A DNA stretch of 64,000 bases from assembly GCA_050182275.1 (NCBI GenBank), contig JBFXCK010000001.1, forward strand, positions 128,096 through 192,095, written 5' to 3'. Positions 10,701 through 18,622 of this stretch are shown piece by piece. The translations under genes were made by a program, and so were the position numbers. Source of the DNA: Dongiaceae bacterium (GTDB taxonomy: Bacteria > Pseudomonadota > Alphaproteobacteria > SHNJ01). Below the pieces are notes generated by a model. The model did no database searches. It saw nothing but the letters and a program-made list of their open reading frames with translations, and was not told the DNA's origin. The stretch's first letter is position 1. Each line of letters begins with the position of its first letter.

Positions 10701-11205
10701 TCAAACTTTGAACCGCGAAGGCCGCGAACGCCTTCGTATCGCCTTTGAGCAAGTGAATACGCAATTCCAGGAATTGTTCCAGCGTTTATTTGGCGGCGGC
10801 AAGGCGCATTTGGCCTGGATTGACAGTGAAGATCCTTTAGAGGCCGGTCTTGAAATCATGGCCAGCCCGCCCGGCAAAAAAATGCAAATTTTGTCCCTCT
10901 TATCGGGCGGTGAACGGGCGCTAACGGCATTGGCCTTGTTATTCGCCGTCTTCAAAACCAATCCGGCGCCGATTTGCGTGCTGGATGAAGTCGATGCGCC
11001 CTTGGATGACGCCAATGTCGACCGTTTCTGTAACCTATTGGATGAAATGGTGGCCACTACCGCCACCCGCTATTTGGTTATTACTCACCACCGGTTGACT
11101 ATGGCCCGTATGCACCGTCTTTTTGGCGTTACCATGGCCGAAGCCGGGGTTTCCCAATTAGTCTCGGTCGACCTGGAAAAAGCCCAGGAATTAAGGGCCG
11201 CCTAA
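7762..11205 (+). CDS. smc: Chromosome segregation protein SMC.
   Basis: Walker A motif GPNGCGKSN at the N-terminus, long coiled coils, and a C-terminal signature LSGGERALTALALLFA with Walker B VLDEVDAPLD. 1147 aa. Confidence 0.95.
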   Translation: MKITKLRLSGFKSFVEPTELELSPGLTGVVGPNGCGKSNLVDALKWVMGETSAKQLRGGEMDDVIFAGTASRPSRVFAEVSLLLDNQERKAPAQFNNSEALEVKRRIDRGEGSSFSVNDLDVRQRDVQTLFADASTGAHSTAIVSQGRIGSLINAKPTERRLVLEEAAGIVGLHARRHEAELKLNAAENNLKRVQDVLQALDVQMQGLKKQARQAAQYRSLADRLRKAEAAHFYHQWQSTAQNLAASQTQLTAADQELAARGEEFSAASAKQAEAAANLPPLRQAEAMRAAALQRLKLAEHELAQEEERLKRAQSALAMRQEQIAADMIREQELAKEGTQELARLMAEIEAGATAQAQEEQSLQSLTALVEAAQNLVAAKEQTAQDKSRAYAQSAAEEKSLTERIAGLISERDHLAAEAEKLTAEMEDARRQLQELDILNPARNQVIAAEEDLVKARSAMKEAEEARHRAFAEESAQRLKIENFSGQLAAARAEKAALQSMVGVEIAGETLADRTRTEDGYEAALAAALGDDLLTDEKGERKWIALPPLAYAPALPAGLRSLQDYVQAPAELARCLAQIGVVADRAEGDRYQNELTIGQRLVTQAGDLWRWDGFTVSAAATGMAAKRLEQRHRLKQVEKILNELTANQAQEEENLNRLTAHTQQIIEAETLAKKNLESRFATLDQARAEELAVTQRNAQASSKLSAIVARAEQLAGRQAGVAQQLSNAENTQRQLPDLKMLEKEFLAAQSAAGEARRELTDNQAQLASLKRIAQELAQRLTQSRQQQQDWQKRLATSEQRLIVLQERQTEANAEEAELARRPAEIAGQRAKLLSELTEAETLRQAAADELAAAENHLSALDRNLKELNAAISQLRESRARAEVNQQHAVAEQQRLTGEIAERLSATPADLLSLAESDEADLPDFAAITSRLERLRRERDTMGPVNLRAEEEMEELNQKVTSMQSDRDDLVAAIAKLRDGIQTLNREGRERLRIAFEQVNTQFQELFQRLFGGGKAHLAWIDSEDPLEAGLEIMASPPGKKMQILSLLSGGERALTALALLFAVFKTNPAPICVLDEVDAPLDDANVDRFCNLLDEMVATTATRYLVITHHRLTMARMHRLFGVTMAEAGVSQLVSVDLEKAQELRAA

Positions 11206-11239
11206 GGTTTTTACCAGCCGAAATTTTATTAGCTTTTCC

Positions 11240-11268
11240 TTGACATTCGGGGGCAAAAAACTTATGGT
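11240..11268 (+). promoter_or_regulatory. Candidate σ70 promoter for the atp F0 operon: TTGACA, 17-nt spacer, TATGGT.
   Basis: Near-consensus -35 and -10 hexamers with a 17-nt spacer, about 40 nt upstream of the atpI-like ORF. Confidence 0.4.
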
Positions 11269-11304
11269 TGCGCCGCAAGTTAGGTTGGCATTTAAGGCGG
11301 CTTT

Positions 11305-11643
11305 ATGTCTCACATCCCTGAGCAAGATAACAAGGAAAAAGAGCTTAGCGCCAAGATTGCCAAGGCCAGGCAGGAATTGGAGGATGGGCCTTCGGTATTT
11401 AGCGCCGAAGATCAACAAGTCTCCAACAGCGCTTGGCAGATTTTGATTGAAATTGCCGCCGGCCCCGCCGTCGGCTTGCTAATCGGAATCGCCTTGGATA
11501 GATGGCTTGGCACTACGCCGCTGTTTATTCTTTTGTGCCTGTTTTTGGGGCTGGGGGGCGGATTTTTAAACGCCTACCGCGCCGCGATGGGGCAGGGACG
11601 GCAAATCGGAAAAGTAGAAACGAAGGATAAAGGCAAGGAATAA
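11305..11643 (+). CDS. AtpI-like ATP synthase protein I (F0 assembly).
   Basis: Small membrane protein of 112 aa with two transmembrane segments, immediately upstream of atpB. Confidence 0.55.
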   Translation: MSHIPEQDNKEKELSAKIAKARQELEDGPSVFSAEDQQVSNSAWQILIEIAAGPAVGLLIGIALDRWLGTTPLFILLCLFLGLGGGFLNAYRAAMGQGRQIGKVETKDKGKE

Positions 11644-11644
11644 T

Positions 11645-12382
11645 ATGTCGGCGACCGGAAAACTTGATCCGCTCCACCAATTCGAAATCCATTCTTTTGC
11701 GCCGGTGCAAGTGGGCGACTTCACCCTGTCTTTCACCAATTCCGCCGCTTTTATGTTATTGGCTGTCGTCATTATTACCGCGACCATGATGTTGGGCGCG
11801 CGCCGCGCCTCGCTGATTCCGGGCCGTTTTCAATCTTTGACCGAGATTCTTTATAACTTCATCTATGGTATGGTGCGTGATGCCGCCGGCGATGAAGGCA
11901 AGCCCTATTTCCCCTTCGTCTTTTCGCTGTTCATGTTCATTTTGGTCGGAAATTTATTGGGCATGATTCCCTTTGGCTTTACTTTCACCAGCCATATTAT
12001 CGTAACTTTTGCTTTGGCGGCTTTGGTGTTTTTGGTAGTAACGGGGATCGGTTTTGTCCGGCATGGCTTGCACTTTTTCGCTTTTTTTGTGCCGCCAGGC
12101 GTGCCGAAATTATTGATTCCGTTGCTGATTCCGATTGAAATTTTTTCCTACCTGGCGCGCCCCATTTCATTATCGGTGCGGTTATTCGCTAACATGCTGG
12201 CGGGGCATATCGTTTTAAAAATCATCGGCGCATTCGTGGTGATGATGGGATTCGCCGGTTTGGTGCCATTCATTTTCGGCGTCGGTTTTGTCGGCTTTGA
12301 AATTTTCGTAGCGTGCTTGCAGGCGTATATTTTTTCGGTACTGACATGCGTTTACTTGCACGATGCGATTCACATGCATTAA
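11645..12382 (+). CDS. atpB: F0F1 ATP synthase subunit a.
   Basis: Conserved subunit-a motif RLFANMLAGH. Multi-pass membrane protein of 245 aa. Confidence 0.95.
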   Translation: MSATGKLDPLHQFEIHSFAPVQVGDFTLSFTNSAAFMLLAVVIITATMMLGARRASLIPGRFQSLTEILYNFIYGMVRDAAGDEGKPYFPFVFSLFMFILVGNLLGMIPFGFTFTSHIIVTFALAALVFLVVTGIGFVRHGLHFFAFFVPPGVPKLLIPLLIPIEIFSYLARPISLSVRLFANMLAGHIVLKIIGAFVVMMGFAGLVPFIFGVGFVGFEIFVACLQAYIFSVLTCVYLHDAIHMH

Positions 12383-12415
12383 TTATCAACCAACCACACT
12401 AAAGGAGTTACTATT

Positions 12416-12643
12416 ATGGAAATTGCAGCAGCAAAAATGATCGGGGCGGGCCTCGCCATGTTCGGGATGATCGGCGCCGGTATCGGTATCGGCATCATCT
12501 TCGGCGGCTTTTTAGGCGCTGCCGCGCGCAACCCTTCCACCATTCCGCAAATCCGCGTTATGACCTTCATCGGCGCCGCTTTCGCCGAATTGCTTGGTTT
12601 GCTCTGCTTTGTGGTCGGCATTCTCTTGCTGTTCGTCGTCTAA
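12416..12643 (+). CDS. atpE: F0F1 ATP synthase subunit c.
   Basis: 75-aa Gly/Ala-rich hairpin with the conserved acidic residue (FAELLGL). Preceded by the RBS AGGAG. Confidence 0.95.
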   Translation: MEIAAAKMIGAGLAMFGMIGAGIGIGIIFGGFLGAAARNPSTIPQIRVMTFIGAAFAELLGLLCFVVGILLLFVV

Positions 12644-12654
12644 TAATTTGGTGA

Positions 12655-13128
12655 TTGATGCCGCAGCTTGATTTCGCCACTTTTCCTTCGCAGCTTTTCT
12701 GGCTGGTTGTCAGCTTTACCTTATTGTATTTGCTGATGACCTATGTCGCCTTGCCGCGTATGGGAAAATTGCTCGATGCCCGTTCATCGCGCATCCGCGC
12801 CGATTTGGACCGGGCCGAGCAATTAAAGGCCGAGGCGGACTCGATCAGCCATTCTTATCAAGCAAGCGTTACGCGTGCGCGAGAGGAAGCCAATAAGCTT
12901 CTTCAAGCGGCGCGGGACGAAGCTTCGGCCAAATTCACCGTCCGGCAGGGCGAATTGGCAAGAAATTTAGATGCTAAAATAAAGCAGGCTGAAAGCAGCA
13001 TTGAAGACGCTAAAGCCAAGGCCCGCCAGGAAGTCGAAGCCATGGCCGAGACTTTGGCGCAGGATTTGGTCAAACAATTGCTGAAGGAATCCAACCACAA
13101 CCACCAACCGATGAAAAAGGCGGTCTAG
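12655..13128 (+). CDS. F0F1 ATP synthase subunit b'.
   Basis: N-terminal transmembrane segment followed by a long charged helix. It is the first of two paralogous b subunits, as is typical of alphaproteobacteria. Confidence 0.8.
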   Translation: MMPQLDFATFPSQLFWLVVSFTLLYLLMTYVALPRMGKLLDARSSRIRADLDRAEQLKAEADSISHSYQASVTRAREEANKLLQAARDEASAKFTVRQGELARNLDAKIKQAESSIEDAKAKARQEVEAMAETLAQDLVKQLLKESNHNHQPMKKAV

Positions 13129-13129
13129 C

Positions 13130-13621
13130 ATGGCGATTAATTGGGCTGATCCTTCGATTTGGGTAGCTTTGGCGATTGTGGTGTTCATTATCGCCGTTTG
13201 GCGCCCGGTTGGCCGTTCAATTTTAACCACGCTCGATAGCCATGCGGCGCAAGTGGCCAAGGCGTTACAAGAAGCCGAACAATTGCGCCATCAGGCCGAA
13301 TCCCTGTTAAGCGATGCGCAAAGCAAATATGCCGCCGCCACTTTGCAGGCCCAGGATATGGTGGCCCAAGCCAAACTTGAAGCCGACCGTTTGGCCAAGG
13401 ACAATGAGCGGGAATTAAATGCGAGTTTGGAACGCCGCGAACGCCAGGCGGTTGAGCGCATCGCCCGTGCCGAAAGCCAGGCTTTAACCGAGATGAAAAC
13501 CATGGCGGTTGATTTGGCTGTAACGGCAGCCAAGCGCATCATGCGCGATTCTTTGGATGCCAAAAAATCGGCCGATGTGATCGACCGCGCCATTCAAGAT
13601 TTGCCGAAGAGATTGAATTAA
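13130..13621 (+). CDS. atpF: F0F1 ATP synthase subunit b.
   Basis: N-terminal transmembrane segment plus a coiled-coil, immediately after the b' gene. Confidence 0.8.
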   Translation: MAINWADPSIWVALAIVVFIIAVWRPVGRSILTTLDSHAAQVAKALQEAEQLRHQAESLLSDAQSKYAAATLQAQDMVAQAKLEADRLAKDNERELNASLERRERQAVERIARAESQALTEMKTMAVDLAVTAAKRIMRDSLDAKKSADVIDRAIQDLPKRLN

Positions 13622-14226
13622 GCCGCTAATAATTTAAACGCCGCATTTAGCTGCGTCATGCGTTCATGGTCGCCGCATTCGCCGTCCGGATGGAACAGCT
13701 TCGCTAAATTCAAATATTTTTCCTTAATTATCTTGGCGCTGGGCATCGCATCGGGGGGAAAGCCCAGCACATACAGCGCCTCTCTGCGGTTTTTAATGCC
13801 CTTAGGCAAAGGGGTGAAAGCCAGCGCGTTGATAATGACCGGCGATAGGGGCGGGAATTTAGTTTTATTTTCTTCTTGAACAAGCCACCAGTTCAGGATT
13901 TTTTTGGCGTCTTCCGCATTCATGGGCAGAGGCAGGCGCAACTGCAAGCGGGGCTTGCGTAATAATCGCCGCCCCTTATTCTTGCCTGATTTGATGGTTA
14001 CACTTTCCCGCTCTTCAATTTCTTCTTCGATTGCGGGCAAGGCGGCGATGGCTGCGGGCGTTAATATCAATAAGCCAGCCCGCACCAATTCGGCAGCATT
14101 TACTTGTTTTTTATGGCAAAAGGCATTGATACGGGAAAAGAAGTTTTCAGAACAAGATACGGTCAAGGCAGGCGCAGACCTTGTCTTGTTAATATTGATT
14201 AACTTTGATTTTTGATAAAATCCCAA
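13618..14226 (-). CDS. J-domain (DnaJ-like) protein with a C-terminal J domain and an N-terminal basic stretch.
   Basis: C-terminal LGFPPDAMPSAKIIKEKYLNLAKLFHPDGE..LNAAFKLL matches a J domain, including the HPD motif. The upstream basic stretch is KSGKNKGRRLLRKPRLQLR. The start codon is uncertain. Confidence 0.6.
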   Translation of the reverse strand: MGFYQKSKLININKTRSAPALTVSCSENFFSRINAFCHKKQVNAAELVRAGLLILTPAAIAALPAIEEEIEERESVTIKSGKNKGRRLLRKPRLQLRLPLPMNAEDAKKILNWWLVQEENKTKFPPLSPVIINALAFTPLPKGIKNRREALYVLGFPPDAMPSAKIIKEKYLNLAKLFHPDGECGDHERMTQLNAAFKLLAA

Positions 14227-14304
14227 AGAACCCCCTTGCTGTGAGGCAATTCTAGTACTAAAAACGCCTTAGGAAAACTAAAATTTTATAAAAAGAGGTG
14301 GGAA

Positions 14305-15297
14305 ATGAGCCAAAGTCAGTTAACGCCGTTAACGGCAATTGATGAAATTAAAAATCTGCTGGATTTTTTACGCCGGCATACAGATTTTTTACTAGCTGCC
14401 GATTTTTTGGAGCGAAGGCTAACCATGAACGGTGCTATCGAGGCTTATTTCAATCGTGCCAGCCATTTGTTACGCCGTTATGTTTTTGAATTTAATGCTT
14501 CCCCTTCAATAGAAATCTTTATAGCACCAGAATTTAACATAGCGCGTTTGCGCTATCAACCAGGACTATTTGGAAAGGTAAGAAAGGAAAAACCCAAAAG
14601 CACATTAATAAATTTAAAGCGCGCAATCCGCTATTTGCGTTTAGTGAGAGCTCTACAAAATAAACCCCGTGATTCTTTAATTATAGAGAAGCCTGATGAA
14701 ATACTTTCAGAGTTGGCGCGTTATTTGCCTTCAGCGGCTTTGCTTGCTCAGGTAGAAATCCATGGCGCAAAATTGGCAAGAGAGATTCAAAATGATTTAA
14801 AGGTCAATTTTAATCCACGCGAGCGTGCCGCCATAAGGCAGTTGATGCATAAATATCCCCCCGGGTCTACCATTCCTGCTTCAGCCAGCACTAATGAATG
14901 GTCGCCTTATCGCGGAACCGAACCCAAAATACATGATAAGGTTCCTTTTTATGAGTTTTGGCACGATCCTTTCAACCGGTCTTTGCATCGTCTTATTAAT
15001 GAACGTTATGGCGTGACGGGAACCGCAGTTGCTTTGCCTGAACATGCTTCTCAACCCTTTATTGAAGAAATTGCATCGGGAGACTGGAAAAAGGGAACAG
15101 AAAAGTTTTTTGATGTAGTTGCAGCCGCTCAGCAATTCTTTTCCAGCGGCGGCGTGCGTCCAGTTTATGTCCGCCCGCTGGATATGTCACAGCCTCAAGA
15201 TACAGAGGCGCCCCTAGCTGCGGAAGCTTTTGGATATAATACCGAAGCTTTAATAAGAGATAAAATTCAAAGAGCTGCCAATAGAGGCCGGGCTTAG
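14305..15297 (+). CDS. Hypothetical protein (330 aa) with no recognisable domain and AT-rich composition.
   Basis: Long ORF preceded by the RBS AGGTGGG. GC content is markedly lower than the flanking atp and gcvP genes. No motif I can name. Confidence 0.55.
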   Translation: MSQSQLTPLTAIDEIKNLLDFLRRHTDFLLAADFLERRLTMNGAIEAYFNRASHLLRRYVFEFNASPSIEIFIAPEFNIARLRYQPGLFGKVRKEKPKSTLINLKRAIRYLRLVRALQNKPRDSLIIEKPDEILSELARYLPSAALLAQVEIHGAKLAREIQNDLKVNFNPRERAAIRQLMHKYPPGSTIPASASTNEWSPYRGTEPKIHDKVPFYEFWHDPFNRSLHRLINERYGVTGTAVALPEHASQPFIEEIASGDWKKGTEKFFDVVAAAQQFFSSGGVRPVYVRPLDMSQPQDTEAPLAAEAFGYNTEALIRDKIQRAANRGRA

Positions 15298-16826
15298 GCC
15301 GGTTTCTTCCACCGCAAAACCGGCTGCCTTGCGGCCTGGGTTTCATCCAGGCGGCGGCGGGGCGTGTGATAAGGAGCGCCTTTGAAATAGGCGGGGCCGT
15401 CTTTTTTCAGGCGCTCGATTAATCCGCGCACCGAATTGATGAATTGATCGAGGGTGGCTTTGCTTTCGGTTTCGGTTGGTTCAATTAAAATAGCGCCCTG
15501 CACCACCAGCGGGAAATACATAGTCATGGGATGATAGCCTTCATCGATTAAGGCCTTGGCTAAATCCATGGTGCTAATGCCATGGGGAGTTAGGGTTTTA
15601 TCGCTGAACACCGCTTCATGCATGCAGGGGCCGGGATAGGGCGCTTCCAACACGTCTTTCAGGCTCGCCAATAAATAGTTCGCATTCAAAACCGCGTCCT
15701 CCGCCACTTGGCGCAGGCCATCGCTGCCGTGGCTTAGGCAATAGGCCATGGCGCGCACAAACATGCCCATCTGGCCGTGAAAGGCCTTAATGCGGCCAAA
15801 GGCGTTTTGCGCCGGGCCTTCCTTAACTTCAAGCGCGTTAAAATTATTTCCTTCATGAATAACCCAAGGCAAGGGCGCATAAGGCGCAAGCGCCTTGGAA
15901 AACACCACAGGCCCTGAACCCGGCCCGCCGCCGCCATGGGGGGTTGAGCAGGTTTTGTGCAAATTGATATGCATGCAATCAATGCCCAAATCGCCCGGCT
16001 TCACGCGGCCGATCAGGGCGTTATAATTGGCGCCGTCGCAATAAAAATAACCGCCGGCATCGTGAATTAATTTGGCGATTTCAATAATATCGCGCTCGAA
16101 CAAACCGCAGGTGTTGGGATTGGTCAGCATGATGGCGGCGACATCGGGCCCCAGCTTTGCCTTGAACGCCATCATATCAACCCGGCCATCATTGGTTTGG
16201 GGAAAGGAATCAACCGTAAAGCCGCAAGCGGCTGCGGTTGCGGGATTGGTGCCGTGCGCGGCCTCGGGCACCAAAACGCGGTTGCGCTTTTCGCCTTTGG
16301 CTTCTAAGGCAGCTCTGATCGCCATCATGCCGCAAGCCTCGCCATGCGCGCCGGCGGCAGGGCTCATGGCGACCGCCGGCATGCCGGTTAAAGTTTTCAA
16401 CCAATGCGCCAGCATATCGATCAATTCAAAGGCGCCCTGCACCGTGCTTTGCGGCTGCAGCGGATGGATATCGCCAAATCCCGGCAGGCGCGCCATTTTT
16501 TCATTCAGGCGCGGATTATGTTTCATGCTGCAGGAACCAAGCGGGAAAAACCCGGTATCAATGCCATAATTTTTTTGGCTAAGCCGCGTATAATGGCGCA
16601 CCACTTCGGGTTCGCTCAAGCTGGGCAGGCCAATCTTGGCCCGCGGGCTTAATTTGCCGATTTTTTTGGTTGCAGTGGCGGGCTTTGGCAAATCAACGCC
16701 AATACGGCCCGGATCATCCAATTCAAAAATCAATTTCTCTTCGATCATCAGGCCGCGATTGCCCGAAATGGTGCTGGCGGCGGATTCGATGGCTTCAGGC
16801 TTGGTGGCGCGGTTTTCTTTAAACAT
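15294..16826 (-). CDS. gcvPB: Glycine dehydrogenase (decarboxylating) subunit 2.
   Basis: PLP-dependent P-protein C-terminal half (e.g. HINLHKTCSTPHGGGGPG). 510 aa. Overlaps gcvPA by 1 nt. Confidence 0.95.
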   Translation of the reverse strand: MFKENRATKPEAIESAASTISGNRGLMIEEKLIFELDDPGRIGVDLPKPATATKKIGKLSPRAKIGLPSLSEPEVVRHYTRLSQKNYGIDTGFFPLGSCSMKHNPRLNEKMARLPGFGDIHPLQPQSTVQGAFELIDMLAHWLKTLTGMPAVAMSPAAGAHGEACGMMAIRAALEAKGEKRNRVLVPEAAHGTNPATAAACGFTVDSFPQTNDGRVDMMAFKAKLGPDVAAIMLTNPNTCGLFERDIIEIAKLIHDAGGYFYCDGANYNALIGRVKPGDLGIDCMHINLHKTCSTPHGGGGPGSGPVVFSKALAPYAPLPWVIHEGNNFNALEVKEGPAQNAFGRIKAFHGQMGMFVRAMAYCLSHGSDGLRQVAEDAVLNANYLLASLKDVLEAPYPGPCMHEAVFSDKTLTPHGISTMDLAKALIDEGYHPMTMYFPLVVQGAILIEPTETESKATLDQFINSVRGLIERLKKDGPAYFKGAPYHTPRRRLDETQAARQPVLRWKKPA

Positions 16827-18163
16827 TAAAGCGCCCCCAAAGCTTTGGCCAAAGCATCCATATCGGCCTCGGACGTGGTTTCGGTTGCGGCGATCAGCAA
16901 TAAATTATCCAATTTTTGCTTAGGCAGCAGGCGGGATACCGGCACTCCCCCTAAGATTTTTTTCTTGGCCAGCTCCTCGACAATTTGCGCTGCCGGTTTG
17001 TTTAATTCGACCGTAAATTCATTGAAAAAAGTTTCATTCAAAACTTTAACGCCTTTAACAGCGCTTAATTTTTCCGCCAGCTGCACCGCCTTCGAATGAT
17101 TTAGGGCTGCCAATTGTTTTAAGCCTTCCTCACCCAGCAAGCTGGCATGAATGGTGAAGGCCAAAGCGCACAGGCCGGAATTGGTGCAAATATTGCTGGT
17201 GGCTTTTTCGCGGCGGATATGTTGTTCGCGCGTGGAAAGGGTTAAAACATAACCGCGCTTGCCTTCGGCATCCACCGTTTGCCCGCAAAGACGGCCCGGC
17301 ATTTGGCGCACATCTTTTTCACGGGCGGCGAATAAGCCCACATAGGGGCCGCCGAAATTAAGGCCATTACCAATGCTTTGGCCTTCGGCGGCGACAATAT
17401 CAGCACCCATTTCACCGGGCGGGGGAAGGAGTCCCAGTGAAATAATCTCCGTCACCACCACAATCAATTTCGCGCCTACCTCATGGCAGGATTTGGCAAG
17501 GGCTGTGTAATCCGTCACATTGCCAAAGAAATCGGGATATTGAACAACCACGCATGAAACATGTTCATCGACAATTGTTTCCAAACCTTCAGCGCCTTGG
17601 GGAGAGGCAGGCAGGGTTTTAACCGTAAAGCCCTGAAACAGGGCATGGGTCTCCACCACTTCGCGGTAATGCGGATGAAGCCGGCCGGAAAGTAGCGCGC
17701 ATTTACGGCCCGTAATGCGGTTGGCCATCATTACCGCCTCAGCCGTTGCGGTTGAGCCGTCGTAAAGCGAAGCGTTAGCCACTTCCATGCCGGTGATCAG
17801 CGCCACTTGGGTTTGGAATTCAAATAAATATTGCAAGGTGCCTTGCGCGATTTCCGGCTGATAGGGTGTGTAGGAAGTTAAAAATTCCCCGCGCTGAATT
17901 AAATGATCGACGCTGGCCGGCACATGGTGGCGATAGGCGCCAGCGCCGCAGAAAAAGGGCACGGAACCGGCGGCAATGTTTTTATCAGCCAGCCCGCGCA
18001 AAATTCTTTCAACTTCTAATTCGCCTTGATATGCTGGCAAATTAACATTTTTTGAAAGTACGGCCGCCTTTGGCACATCTTTAAATAATTCATCAACGTG
18101 GCTCACGCCGATTTTTTGCAGCATGGTTTTGCGGTCATTGACGGTTAGCGGCAGGTAGCGCAT
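16826..18163 (-). CDS. gcvPA: Glycine dehydrogenase (decarboxylating) subunit 1.
   Basis: P-protein N-terminal half. 445 aa. Confidence 0.95.
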   Translation of the reverse strand: MRYLPLTVNDRKTMLQKIGVSHVDELFKDVPKAAVLSKNVNLPAYQGELEVERILRGLADKNIAAGSVPFFCGAGAYRHHVPASVDHLIQRGEFLTSYTPYQPEIAQGTLQYLFEFQTQVALITGMEVANASLYDGSTATAEAVMMANRITGRKCALLSGRLHPHYREVVETHALFQGFTVKTLPASPQGAEGLETIVDEHVSCVVVQYPDFFGNVTDYTALAKSCHEVGAKLIVVVTEIISLGLLPPPGEMGADIVAAEGQSIGNGLNFGGPYVGLFAAREKDVRQMPGRLCGQTVDAEGKRGYVLTLSTREQHIRREKATSNICTNSGLCALAFTIHASLLGEEGLKQLAALNHSKAVQLAEKLSAVKGVKVLNETFFNEFTVELNKPAAQIVEELAKKKILGGVPVSRLLPKQKLDNLLLIAATETTSEADMDALAKALGAL

Positions 18164-18165
18164 GG

Positions 18166-18543
18166 TTAGCCGCTCATACCTTTGACATAGGCCAAATATT
18201 CAGCCTCGCTCATTAAATTATTAAGCTCGGCATTATCATTGGCGCGCAGTTTGAAAAACCACCCAGCGCCCGTAGGATCGCGGTTAATTTGCCCGGGGTC
18301 TTGCGATAAGGAGTTATTAATTTCAATCACCTCGCCGCTAATGGGGGCGTACACTTCACTGGCGGCCTTGACCGATTCCACCACAGCCGCTTCGCCGAAT
18401 TGTTTTAATTTTTTTCCCATGGCGGGCAAATCGGTGAACACCACATCGCCCAATTGCTTTTGCGCGTAATCGGAAATACCAACAATCGCGGTTTCGCCGT
18501 CTAACTTAACCCATTCATGCTGTTTGGTGAATTTGAGAGCCAT
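18166..18543 (-). CDS. gcvH: Glycine cleavage system H protein.
   Basis: Lipoyl-lysine motif region [11 protein letters not shown]. 125 aa. Confidence 0.95.
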   Translation of the reverse strand: MALKFTKQHEWVKLDGETAIVGISDYAQKQLGDVVFTDLPAMGKKLKQFGEAAVVESVKAASEVYAPISGEVIEINNSLSQDPGQINRDPTGAGWFFKLRANDNAELNNLMSEAEYLAYVKGMSG

Positions 18544-18622
18544 TTTTTTCTCCTTGAAAATGGGATTTTAGCCCAAAGATTCAAGGAAGGAAAATAAATA
18601 GTGGATTTAAGAGCTGAAGCTT

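Noticed and set aside
12379-12621. An 80-aa minus-strand ORF antisense to atpE.
   Set aside because: Its Pro/Ala/Ile-rich translation is the mirror of the Gly/Ala-rich c-subunit codons. atpE itself is unambiguous.
13904-14215. A 103-aa plus-strand ORF inside the J-domain gene.
   Set aside because: It is antisense to an ORF with a clear J-domain motif and has no RBS or motif of its own.
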